64,000 nucleotides of DNA. Source: a virus (lineage: Duplodnaviria > Caudoviricetes). The stretch lies in IMG/VR virus record IMGVR_UViG_3300005330_000014, positions 1-64,000 of that record, one strand, 5' to 3'. Shown in pieces: positions 40,362 through 48,141 of this stretch (positions are counted from its first letter, which is position 1; each line of letters starts with the position of its first letter). The notes beneath the pieces are model-generated. The model saw only the letters and a list, made by a program, of their open reading frames with translations. It made no database searches and was not told where the DNA came from. Position numbers and translations under genes: made by a program.

Positions 40362-40394
40362 ATATAGAGTTTACACTAAATGACTGAATAATTT

Positions 40395-40616
40395 ATGAAA
40401 ATACATTTTCCTTTCGTTTATCCGCCGATTTCTTGGGGCGACGTAATCTATCTTATTAACATACGATTTCTTTTTTGGCATTTCCAAATACTTGAAGAAA
40501 CTAGAAAAAGAGGATATTGGATTTGTTTGAAATTCAATAAAACTCAATTGTGGCTATTCTTAATCGCTTTAAGATATAAGAAACAGTATTGGACAGCTTT
40601 TAAAAACCATCAATAA
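40395..40616 (+). CDS. Hypothetical protein
   Basis: Operonic ORF. Confidence 0.45.
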   Translation: MKIHFPFVYPPISWGDVIYLINIRFLFWHFQILEETRKRGYWICLKFNKTQLWLFLIALRYKKQYWTAFKNHQ

Positions 40617-40634
40617 ACAATTTAACTTTCAAAT

Positions 40635-40718
40635 TCTTGGGTGGCGAAATTGGTAGACGCACTTTCCTGTTAAGAAAGAGTCGAAAGACACTTGCTGGTT
40701 CGAGGCCAGCCCCAAGAG
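40635..40718 (+). tRNA. trnN: tRNA-Asn(GTT) with long (class II-like) variable arm
   Basis: TCTTGGG/CCCAAGA acceptor; G73; CTTTC-CTGTTAA-GAAAG anticodon arm; 15-nt variable region with GTC-GAAA-GAC; GCTGG-TTCGAGG-CCAGC T arm. Confidence 0.85.
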
Positions 40719-40945
40719 TTACTTTAAAATTATGAACAAACGAACAAAACTTAAATCAATAACAAAAAGGATAGGCTCTTGTGATTTTGCTGCGCGGATA
40801 ACGTTGAAATCGAATTTATAAATAACCGTACGATGGCGGGATTCGCTTTTTGTAAAGATACAGAAGCTTGTCATAAAAGGGATAAATCAAAATAGAAAAT
40901 ATGACTAAATCACAAGAATTTTTATCTCAACATTGTAATTAAATA

Positions 40946-41473
40946 ATGAAAACTAAAGAAATCAACGGCTCTCCATATCATTCAAGTTATTCCATGTCTC
41001 AAAAGTATATAGATCATCTTGTTTTAGAAAGAGATAGATACTTGCACCGCGCGCAAACCGCCGCTTTACAATACTGCGAAACAGGAAATGAAAAATACAA
41101 ACGCAGTGCTTTAGGTTTAAAACAACAATATCAGAAAAGAGCTAATAAGATTGATAATATCAGTCAACATTTGTACGGCTCAATTTGGTGTGTTGCGGCA
41201 TCTTTCGGTAAAGAAAAAGTAGAAGAAAGAAGGCGACAAGAATTAGCCGCACGGATTAAATGGATGATTGAGAATAATCAGTTGCCAAACAATATAGGAT
41301 TTGGTGGATTAGACCCTATTGAATACTATCACTCGAAAGGGATATGGAGGTTCTATACTGGTAATAGCATGGATGGTCATGCTTTTGTTTACGGACCTAT
41401 TAAAGCTCCTAATTTGGAAGTCCGCCCAGAATACAATTACAATTCATCAACTTGGTATTGGGTAAAAAGATAA
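40946..41473 (+). CDS. Hypothetical protein
   Basis: Operonic ORF. Confidence 0.6.
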   Translation: MKTKEINGSPYHSSYSMSQKYIDHLVLERDRYLHRAQTAALQYCETGNEKYKRSALGLKQQYQKRANKIDNISQHLYGSIWCVAASFGKEKVEERRRQELAARIKWMIENNQLPNNIGFGGLDPIEYYHSKGIWRFYTGNSMDGHAFVYGPIKAPNLEVRPEYNYNSSTWYWVKR

Positions 41474-41475
41474 AT

Positions 41476-41991
41476 ATGAATAATAACCTAGAAATCGAAC
41501 GAAAATTCTTACTTAAAGAATTACCAAAACTTGAACAATGCCGTCCAACTTCAATTGGCGCAACTCAAGGATATATATGTGTAACCCCGGATAAATCCGC
41601 AAGACTTACTCATAAAGATGGTAAATACAAACTTACTTATAAAGGTGGAACAGACCCATTAGAAAGAGTAGAAATAGAACAAGAAATAAGCAAAGAAATG
41701 TATGATATTTTGTGGCCTAAAACTGAAGGCGCGCGAATTGAAAAAACTAGATATTATTATAAATACGAATTTAAAAGTAAGCCGATAATTATGAGTGATG
41801 GTCGGTCTGGATTTTATTCTAGCATTTTTCTAATTGAAGTAGATGTATTCCACGGCAAGCATGAAGGATTGATTGTTGCTGAAATTGAATTTGCTAGCCG
41901 CGCGGAAGCACTTAATTTTGAGCCGCCCGATTGGTTTGGAGAAGAAGTAACTAATGATCCTAAGTATTTAAATGCTAACTTAGCAAGTTAA
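41476..41991 (+). CDS. CYTH (triphosphate tunnel) domain protein
   Basis: EIERKFLL; QGY; EIE; IEKTRY; IEVD; VAEIEF; PDWFGEEVT. Confidence 0.9.
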   Translation: MNNNLEIERKFLLKELPKLEQCRPTSIGATQGYICVTPDKSARLTHKDGKYKLTYKGGTDPLERVEIEQEISKEMYDILWPKTEGARIEKTRYYYKYEFKSKPIIMSDGRSGFYSSIFLIEVDVFHGKHEGLIVAEIEFASRAEALNFEPPDWFGEEVTNDPKYLNANLAS

Positions 41992-41993
41992 TT

Positions 41994-42197
41994 ATGAATA
42001 AAACTAAATATCGAATAATTTTAAGAGAAGGTTGGTTCTATCCTCAATACAAAGGATGGATTTTATGGCATGATATTCAATACATAGGATTAGCTAGATA
42101 TTGTTTTGATAAATTAGAAGATGCCGAACGATTTATAGAAAGTCGTCGCGACTACAAACAAGAAAACGGATTTGAAATAGTAAAAGAATATGAATAA
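41994..42197 (+). CDS. Hypothetical protein
   Basis: Operonic ORF; WFYPQYKGW pattern. Confidence 0.55.
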   Translation: MNKTKYRIILREGWFYPQYKGWILWHDIQYIGLARYCFDKLEDAERFIESRRDYKQENGFEIVKEYE

Positions 42198-42396
42198 ACT
42201 AGACGAATTCCTATTTGTAGAAAACCATAACGGGAATAGTATTGATAAAGAGTCCGCCGAGAAGGGTTGGAATGCAGCGATTGAAGCCGTTTCAAGATTC
42301 TTAAAAAGTAAATGCAGAAGTAGTTATGATATTTATTGGTGTAAAAGTTATGACCACTTACCTTTATCAGTAATAGAAGAAATCAAGAAACTATGA
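42190..42396 (+). CDS. Hypothetical protein
   Basis: Operonic ORF. Confidence 0.5.
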   Translation: MNKLDEFLFVENHNGNSIDKESAEKGWNAAIEAVSRFLKSKCRSSYDIYWCKSYDHLPLSVIEEIKKL

Positions 42397-42593
42397 AATG
42401 TACAAATTGCAAACTATTTGGAAAATGTCGTGAAATCCGCGCAGCTACCCGCGAGCATTTCCGCTGGAGTTTTCATAATCTTATAGCTCATCCTTTAAGT
42501 GAAATAGTATTTCTATTAGGGTTTGAAGAGTTAAGTAATAAGATTCATGATAAGAGTATTCCTGAACATGAAGTAAATCAAGGAAGAGGATAA
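42393..42593 (+). CDS. Hypothetical protein
   Basis: Operonic ORF; WxxHNLIAHPLSE pattern. Confidence 0.55.
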   Translation: MKCTNCKLFGKCREIRAATREHFRWSFHNLIAHPLSEIVFLLGFEELSNKIHDKSIPEHEVNQGRG

Positions 42594-42597
42594 ACTA

Positions 42598-42849
42598 ATG
42601 ACTAATCTAACTATGATGCTAAAAGCCGGATACGTCCCGCCGCCCGCGTGGATGGATAAGAAAACTGCACAATTTTTTGTTTGTGTGGCTTATTTAGGAT
42701 ATAGAAAGTCTAGAGAGTTATACTATCGTCTTAAAAACTTTCAACCCAACGATAAATTACCAATAACAGAACAATACTTAGTTATGCTAGAAAATTGGAA
42801 TAACCTTCAATTAATTAAAGGGTACTATTATGATATCCCCCGAAACTAA
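42598..42849 (+). CDS. Hypothetical protein
   Basis: Operonic ORF. Confidence 0.5.
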   Translation: MTNLTMMLKAGYVPPPAWMDKKTAQFFVCVAYLGYRKSRELYYRLKNFQPNDKLPITEQYLVMLENWNNLQLIKGYYYDIPRN

Positions 42850-43045
42850 ACATTTGTTATATTGGTGGAAAGAATGGGCCGCGCGCCTACTTCGCACCAC
42901 CTACCATTTATTTAATCGGAAAGCTTATCGGCGATGGAAAACTGAATTTTATAAGAAAAGACTTAAAAGAAAGTTTGATTTATATAAAAGTTTAAGCAAA
43001 GAGGATTATAAACTATTTTTTGAATTGGATGAAAAGGAATTTTAA
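42830..43045 (+). CDS. Hypothetical protein
   Basis: Operonic ORF. Confidence 0.5.
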   Translation: MISPETKHLLYWWKEWAARLLRTTYHLFNRKAYRRWKTEFYKKRLKRKFDLYKSLSKEDYKLFFELDEKEF

Positions 43046-43056
43046 GGATTGACGGT

Positions 43057-43608
43057 ATGATTAAGTATTATAAACAAAAGTTCAAAACAGATTGTCTATT
43101 AGCCGCCGCTGAGAACTTCACCCAACAACCACGTAATCACTTTGGTAAATTAGAATGGCGAGAGCATAATGGGGACAAATATTTAAAATATCATAGTTTT
43201 GCTAAAGCTCTATGTAAATGGGGTGGCGCTCAAATTGTATTTCAAGGAACTGTCCATTTAAATGATAAACCTGCGATTTTAGGGTCGGTGGCTAAATTAA
43301 GCGGGCACTATATTTGTCATGCGCTGTTTTGGGATGGGCGACACGCCTATTGTCCCCAACGAGATTCCTTTGTTGATTTAAATGAATTGGATATATCGTA
43401 CGTAATATTACATCCACACTATAATCATCCATTAGCTTACAAGAATATCAAACATGTTTGCCATGATTGGGACCGATATATATCAGAATATAAAAACGAA
43501 GATACAAAGGAACCCGAGAGAAAAGAATTAATTACTTTATTTTATAATGGCCGCGCATATCCCGGGGATTTAGTTCGAGCAAACACTAATAGAGAATATC
43601 CTAAATAG
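43057..43608 (+). CDS. Peptidase C39-like (papain-fold) protein
   Basis: Q....DC at N-terminus; CHALFWDG catalytic His/Asp region. Confidence 0.6.
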   Translation: MIKYYKQKFKTDCLLAAAENFTQQPRNHFGKLEWREHNGDKYLKYHSFAKALCKWGGAQIVFQGTVHLNDKPAILGSVAKLSGHYICHALFWDGRHAYCPQRDSFVDLNELDISYVILHPHYNHPLAYKNIKHVCHDWDRYISEYKNEDTKEPERKELITLFYNGRAYPGDLVRANTNREYPK

Positions 43609-43619
43609 AAATTACTGGT

Positions 43620-43907
43620 ATGAATACTTTTAATAAAATCTGCGCGTGGTTTATGGTTTTAATGATGGTAGTAATAAGTAATGTAGTGACGTATCGCTGG
43701 ACAACTTACCACGACGAATGCGCGGCCATCGAACATGACTTCGCTAAATATAACCAGTATTTAGATTTTGAATGGAAATCCACCCATGATTTAGGCATAG
43801 AAGAAATTAATAAACAATATAGATTATTTCAGATAAAAAAGGCTATTGAAGATGCTAACGCCCACGCCACCCCACTTGTCCCGCCCGAATCCAAGAGATT
43901 TTTTTGA
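43620..43907 (+). CDS. Hypothetical protein with N-terminal TM/signal segment
   Basis: Hydrophobic N-terminus. Confidence 0.55.
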   Translation: MNTFNKICAWFMVLMMVVISNVVTYRWTTYHDECAAIEHDFAKYNQYLDFEWKSTHDLGIEEINKQYRLFQIKKAIEDANAHATPLVPPESKRFF

Positions 43908-43910
43908 ATT

Positions 43911-44219
43911 ATGAAACAAACAAATAAAATAAAACCTAAACAATACGAACAAAATTTAAATACTTTACGAAAAAACTCTCCGCATACTCTTTCTATTTCT
44001 AATCAACAGGTAGATAAAAGGTCTAAAATGAAATGTTCTACATGCGGTAATAGCGGCATTGTATATCCTAAATATAGATCAACTGTAGGATATGGCGGCT
44101 CAGGCGGAGAAGATAACGCATCTATGTGTCCCAAATGCTATGGGCTATCTTGCGCCCAATTTTTTCTAGTTGAATCGGGCGGCGGCTATTTTGCCTATAA
44201 AGCCAAACCACTTTGGTAA
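43911..44219 (+). CDS. Hypothetical zinc-ribbon protein
   Basis: CxxCxxxG ... CxxC. Confidence 0.5.
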   Translation: MKQTNKIKPKQYEQNLNTLRKNSPHTLSISNQQVDKRSKMKCSTCGNSGIVYPKYRSTVGYGGSGGEDNASMCPKCYGLSCAQFFLVESGGGYFAYKAKPLW

Positions 44220-44322
44220 TTAATTAATTAAATAATTAAAATGGTTTCAGCCAAATCGCTCCCGAATTTTTTTTGAGAATCGGAGATCAAATAAATAAAC
44301 AAACTTCAAAAAATTTAGACTT

Positions 44323-44670
44323 TTGCCAATGACTCCAGAACAACTTATTAAAGATTTAGAATCGCGCGGTTACAAACCCACCCGACAACGTAATAAAACA
44401 AACGCGGACAATACAACTTTATTAGAATATATTGAACTACCTTTCAATTCGGGCGGCTGCATTGATATTTATCCAATATTACCAGATGGATCGGGCGGAG
44501 AAGTAATAATTATCTACACAGAGAATTATAGAGATATAAAGAATCGCGTGGATAATGTATTTGAGTTATCTCTCAATGATAGTGACCCTAATTTTAATTT
44601 AGTCAATTGGATAGTAGAATTATTTGATAAAGGACTAGAGAATTTACCGAAATACGAAAAACCTTCCTAA
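44323..44670 (+). CDS. Hypothetical protein (last gene of plus block)
   Basis: ORF; start uncertain. Confidence 0.55.
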   Translation: MPMTPEQLIKDLESRGYKPTRQRNKTNADNTTLLEYIELPFNSGGCIDIYPILPDGSGGEVIIIYTENYRDIKNRVDNVFELSLNDSDPNFNLVNWIVELFDKGLENLPKYEKPS

Positions 44671-44947
44671 ACTAGAAGAACTAAGTAAGTATATAACTGG
44701 TGAAAATTTAACGAATTTATTAAATTAAATATTATATTTATTGAATTTATTGAATTACTCTGTAAAATTGCTTTTCGATTTTTATTTTAAGTTTAAAACA
44801 TGCACCCCGTGCGGGCAAAAAAATTTTTGGCACCCCCCGCATTTTCCAAAAACCGTAGGGCACCTATGTTACTAACTATCTTATTAGTTCTCATGTTATA
44901 GTTATCTATGCTATATGTTATCTAGTTAGTTAGTTATCTCTATGTTA

Positions 44948-45010
44948 GTACAAAACAAAAGCCGCGCAACCTAGCTAGTTAGCAGTTATGCTGTAGCATA
45001 GGCGCGCGGC
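44948..45010 (-). terminator. Terminator ending the 45.0-47.8 kb operon (hairpin + 9 nt + GTAC)
   Basis: GCCGCGC/GCGCGGC stem, TTTTGTTTT, GTAC. Confidence 0.7.
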
Positions 45011-45024
45011 TCTTAGTTAGTTAA

Positions 45025-45393
45025 TTACTCTCCGCTGATTACAGCTTGGCAACCGTCAGCGAACGCTTGCGCATATCGCGTGTCATGTTTGCGGTTATGC
45101 TCAATATAACGCTTGGCTTTATTCACCATTGCGTTGCGTTCATCCGCTAGCCTTGCTATCAGTAGTAATTCATCCCTCGCCGCTAGCGAACTTTTTTCTC
45201 CGTATTCGACCGCATGTATCAGCACGACGCTTTCCCATGTTGGCGTACAATCAATACTCCCCACTGGTGTCTTATTCTCCGCTTGTTGCGCTCTAAACGC
45301 GTCTACTTGCTCGCCCTTGCCTTGCCAGTGTTTGCGTTGGCGTTCGTTTCCCTTGTTGGATTGTTTGATTAGGTCAGTCTGCTTTTGTTTCAT
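45025..45393 (-). CDS. Hypothetical protein
   Basis: Preceded by (AACT)n leader. Confidence 0.65.
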   Translation of the reverse strand: MKQKQTDLIKQSNKGNERQRKHWQGKGEQVDAFRAQQAENKTPVGSIDCTPTWESVVLIHAVEYGEKSSLAARDELLLIARLADERNAMVNKAKRYIEHNRKHDTRYAQAFADGCQAVISGE

Positions 45394-45411
45394 AGGTAAT
45401 AGGTTAGTTAG

Positions 45412-45561
45412 TTAGTTGTTAAGGAGTTGAATGATTGAGTTGATAGGTTGCGCGTGGGAATAGATGGCAAGCTTAAGCTCGCGACCAATGCCAGCGATGA
45501 AGAAAGCCGCGCGACTAGGGCGGCGAATGATGCACACGAGATGGAGGGCGATGTTTCGCAT
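45412..45561 (-). CDS. Small hypothetical protein (MRNIALHLVC...)
   Basis: ATG adjacent to upstream stop; C-terminal part of the tracked 45412-45678 ORF. Confidence 0.4.
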   Translation of the reverse strand: MRNIALHLVCIIRRPSRAAFFIAGIGRELKLAIYSHAQPINSIIQLLNN

Positions 45562-45562
45562 A

Positions 45563-45835
45563 CTAGCCTTTCTTCGCTTGCTGTGCGCACCGATACGCTG
45601 GCGTATGGTGGGGCCAAGCTTCATGTCCGCTAAGGGTAAGGCGGAAATGAGACAACGCATATACAGCCATAGGGCCACAAGCTGACAGTCCGCCTTGCGC
45701 GTTTATCCATCCTTCTGCATAGCCTATATAATACGCCATTTCTACGGGGGACAATTCCCCGTTAGCGTTGTATTTAGGTTGCTCAATTATCTCTGTCAGC
45801 TTTGCTAGCAGTACTTGATACGGTGTTTTTGGCAT
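45563..45835 (-). CDS. Hypothetical protein
   Basis: (AACT)n leader. Confidence 0.6.
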   Translation of the reverse strand: MPKTPYQVLLAKLTEIIEQPKYNANGELSPVEMAYYIGYAEGWINAQGGLSACGPMAVYALSHFRLTLSGHEAWPHHTPAYRCAQQAKKG

Positions 45836-45919
45836 ATGATTGAATTAGTTAGTTAGTTGATTAGTGAGGCTAGGCAAACGGATGGAACGTCACGCTTTAG
45901 CGGCTTTAGCCATTATGGG

Positions 45920-46474
45920 TTACACACACTCTTCAGGGTCAATCTCTGTTAGTCCCTCAGTGTCCACGCTAGGCGCATCGCCCGCACTGCTAGCGCCATT
46001 TCCGCCCTCCCCTGCTAGCTTGTTGAGATTTTGACCGTTGAGCCAATAAACGTTATTCACGTCCTTGGTTAGCATGCCGCTATCGCGCAAAGCGAGTACC
46101 TTGCCTATCTGCTCCTCACGCGTGAGGCCGTTGATACCAAGCGCAATTTCCTTTGCCGGGGTGAACGTCCTAAACGTCCCATAACGCGCGTTAAAGGCTG
46201 CTTCGTTCGCTCCCCGCGTAGGCTGCATTACTGGCGATGATGCGCGCGCTACGCTAGCCATGTCGCTCACTTGTCGCACGCTAGCCGCAATGCGTTGCGG
46301 ATTCACTCCCGCTGCAACAAGCCCATCATATATCTCCAGAGCGTGTTTCACGTCACCTGCCACTAGCATAATTGCAAAGCTAATTGGCGCGTTAATTGGC
46401 GTTTCACGCGGCTCGATAGTTTCCGCTTGCGCGGCTTTTGCCGCTTTCTTCTTTTGAGTCGTTTTCTTTTTCAT
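45920..46474 (-). CDS. Hypothetical protein with basic N-tail, RuvA-domain-III-like segment and acidic C-tail
   Basis: LVAAGVNPQRIAASVRQV resembles RuvA C-terminal [18 protein letters not shown] (by eye). Confidence 0.55.
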   Translation of the reverse strand: MKKKTTQKKKAAKAAQAETIEPRETPINAPISFAIMLVAGDVKHALEIYDGLVAAGVNPQRIAASVRQVSDMASVARASSPVMQPTRGANEAAFNARYGTFRTFTPAKEIALGINGLTREEQIGKVLALRDSGMLTKDVNNVYWLNGQNLNKLAGEGGNGASSAGDAPSVDTEGLTEIDPEECV

Positions 46475-46483
46475 CGAAATTGA

Positions 46484-46711
46484 TTAGTTAAGGGTTTCCA
46501 TTTGATTTGCCCATTTCCAGAAAACACTTTGTTTCGCCTTGTCGTTTGTGGCGTCAATTTCCTTGTCGCGGGTTATGTAACCCTGCCAGTAAGAAATTGT
46601 TGAATGAATTAGACGCGAACGAGAAACGGGAGAATCTGCCAATTGCAAAATAGCCGTTTGTGTGTCGCGGAATTGATCATCTAGCTTTGCTTTGATTTCC
46701 AAGGTAGTCAT
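46484..46711 (-). CDS. Hypothetical protein
   Basis: (AACT)n leader; operonic. Confidence 0.6.
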   Translation of the reverse strand: MTTLEIKAKLDDQFRDTQTAILQLADSPVSRSRLIHSTISYWQGYITRDKEIDATNDKAKQSVFWKWANQMETLN

Positions 46712-46794
46712 ATACTTATACTCAGTTAATTAGTTAGTTAGTTAAATTGACGGGAAAGGGGACGGATGGAACGTCTAACCTTGCCCTTTGTTAA

Positions 46795-47772
46795 TTACTT
46801 GCGCGCGGCTTTCGCGGCTTTTTGCTTGGTCGCAATCATTTCCATATAATCCGCCCCCCCTTTGGCAAGCTGCCATCCTCCGCGCACAGGTTCTACCATT
46901 CCTTCGCTCGCGAGCCAGTTAACGCGGTCAAGCGTGCTCTTTTTCTTTTCGTCGCGTACTTTGAAGCGGAGAACATCTGCCGTAACGTGTTTCTCTTTTA
47001 CGATAGTGTTGAGGATCGTAATGTCTTCCCTCCGCAATCCCTTGGGGAAAAATCCCTTTGACCTAAGCAATTCCGTTACGTCGTCGCCTTTCAGTTTGCG
47101 AATGTCTTTCGCCTTCGCGCGATTGACGATAGGTCCAACTACTTCCTCCAAATCCCCCGGGAATGGCTTAACGCGGTCAAGTAACGCGTTCATGCCATCC
47201 TCCGTAAGCGCAACATCCTCACGGGCCAGAAATAGCTCGGCAATTTTCTCCATCTCGTTGCGCTTGTAAGCGCCAGTGATGAAGGAGCGACAACGGCGTT
47301 GCATCGCCTTATCGAGTGGCATGTTGCTGGCGAAAATATGAATATGATTTGTTGGGTCGAAATGGAAACAGTTTCCTTGCTTCCAAATCGTATGAGCCTC
47401 CGTTACTTGCGTCGTCAGTGCTTTAATCAAATCCAGTCCCTGCTTTTGCGCGTGGAATTCATCCCACAGAATTACGTAGGGGATTGCGCTCACTTGTTGC
47501 GTGTCAGGGTCAAACGACGCGATTTTATTCGCCATTTGATACAACTCCTTCATGCCAGCGTTTGGGGGCACTTCGTGATAATTGAATCCGAAATTGACCA
47601 ATTGCTCGGCCAACGCACGGGCGAGATTGCTTTTCCCCGTTCCTGTGTAGCCTCCCAAAAAGATTGGACGCCATTTGTACACCTCATTTTTCTTTGCGCT
47701 ATTGGCATGCGCCAAAAGCATTTCATTCAATTCCCCGACAATTTCAGTCTGTCCGATATACTTAGTAATCAT
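46795..47772 (-). CDS. RuvB-like AAA+ ATPase
   Basis: Walker A GYTGTGKS; Walker B ILWDEFH; sensor/arginine finger (ASN...MQRRC); GLRREDITIL and C-terminal winged helix as in RuvB. Confidence 0.8.
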   Translation of the reverse strand: MITKYIGQTEIVGELNEMLLAHANSAKKNEVYKWRPIFLGGYTGTGKSNLARALAEQLVNFGFNYHEVPPNAGMKELYQMANKIASFDPDTQQVSAIPYVILWDEFHAQKQGLDLIKALTTQVTEAHTIWKQGNCFHFDPTNHIHIFASNMPLDKAMQRRCRSFITGAYKRNEMEKIAELFLAREDVALTEDGMNALLDRVKPFPGDLEEVVGPIVNRAKAKDIRKLKGDDVTELLRSKGFFPKGLRREDITILNTIVKEKHVTADVLRFKVRDEKKKSTLDRVNWLASEGMVEPVRGGWQLAKGGADYMEMIATKQKAAKAARK

Positions 47773-47804
47773 AATCAGTTTTCTAGTTAGTTAGTTAATT
47801 TGTT

Positions 47805-48141
47805 TCCTCTGCATTTGCTTATCAGCTTTCCCGCCTTGGAACGGTTTAGAGTCTAGCGGATATGCCAGATTGTCTAAGGTGCATTAAACCGGCAAATCGC
47901 TTGTCTTGAATCGGCATCGTAATGGATGCCTAAACGACTAAGGTTTGCCAACGATGCCAGCGTGACTGTGAGGCTAATACTCGCCAGTCCTAACGTGCCC
48001 ATGCTGTCCAATCGTATCTAGTCGGCAATTCCCGCGTTTCGCAACGCGTTCTCTGCTCTGCATTCTCTCTCTTTATCCGCGCCGAGCACTGAGTTTGTGT
48101 CCTCTCGGCATCCCCATTTCCACACTGCATAGAGAGAATAA
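47805..48141 (-). ncRNA. Candidate ~340-nt structured RNA upstream of the RuvB-like gene
   Basis: At least seven 6-9 bp helices incl. CGCGTT-GCGA-AACGCG GNRA hairpin and crossing helices; GC-rich; no ORF of 60 aa or more. Confidence 0.5.

Larger units (their letters stand above)
9383..40377. promoter_or_regulatory. Dispersed late-promoter motif (A/T/G)GTGTAAA, at least 14 copies
   Basis: Minus copies start at 9383, 11816, 13060, 16890, 17470, 21058, 22046, 24540, 26607, 30377, 37039, 40370; plus copies at 17521, 36129; each 8-51 nt upstream of a co-oriented start codon. Confidence 0.75.

Noticed and set aside
47935-48025. Group I intron P7-like pair CCGACTA/TAGTCG in the structured RNA
   Set aside because: The pairing matches the G-binding helix, but J6/7 (UUCA) and J8/7 (AAGAUA) are absent, no P4-P6 is recognisable, and no interrupted gene flanks it.
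47805-48141. tmRNA, RNase P RNA or 6S RNA identity for the structured region
   Set aside because: It lacks the tRNA-like ends (GGGG..GATTCGA / TCCACCA), a tag frame, the GAGGAAAGUCC core, and a single long rod with a central bubble.
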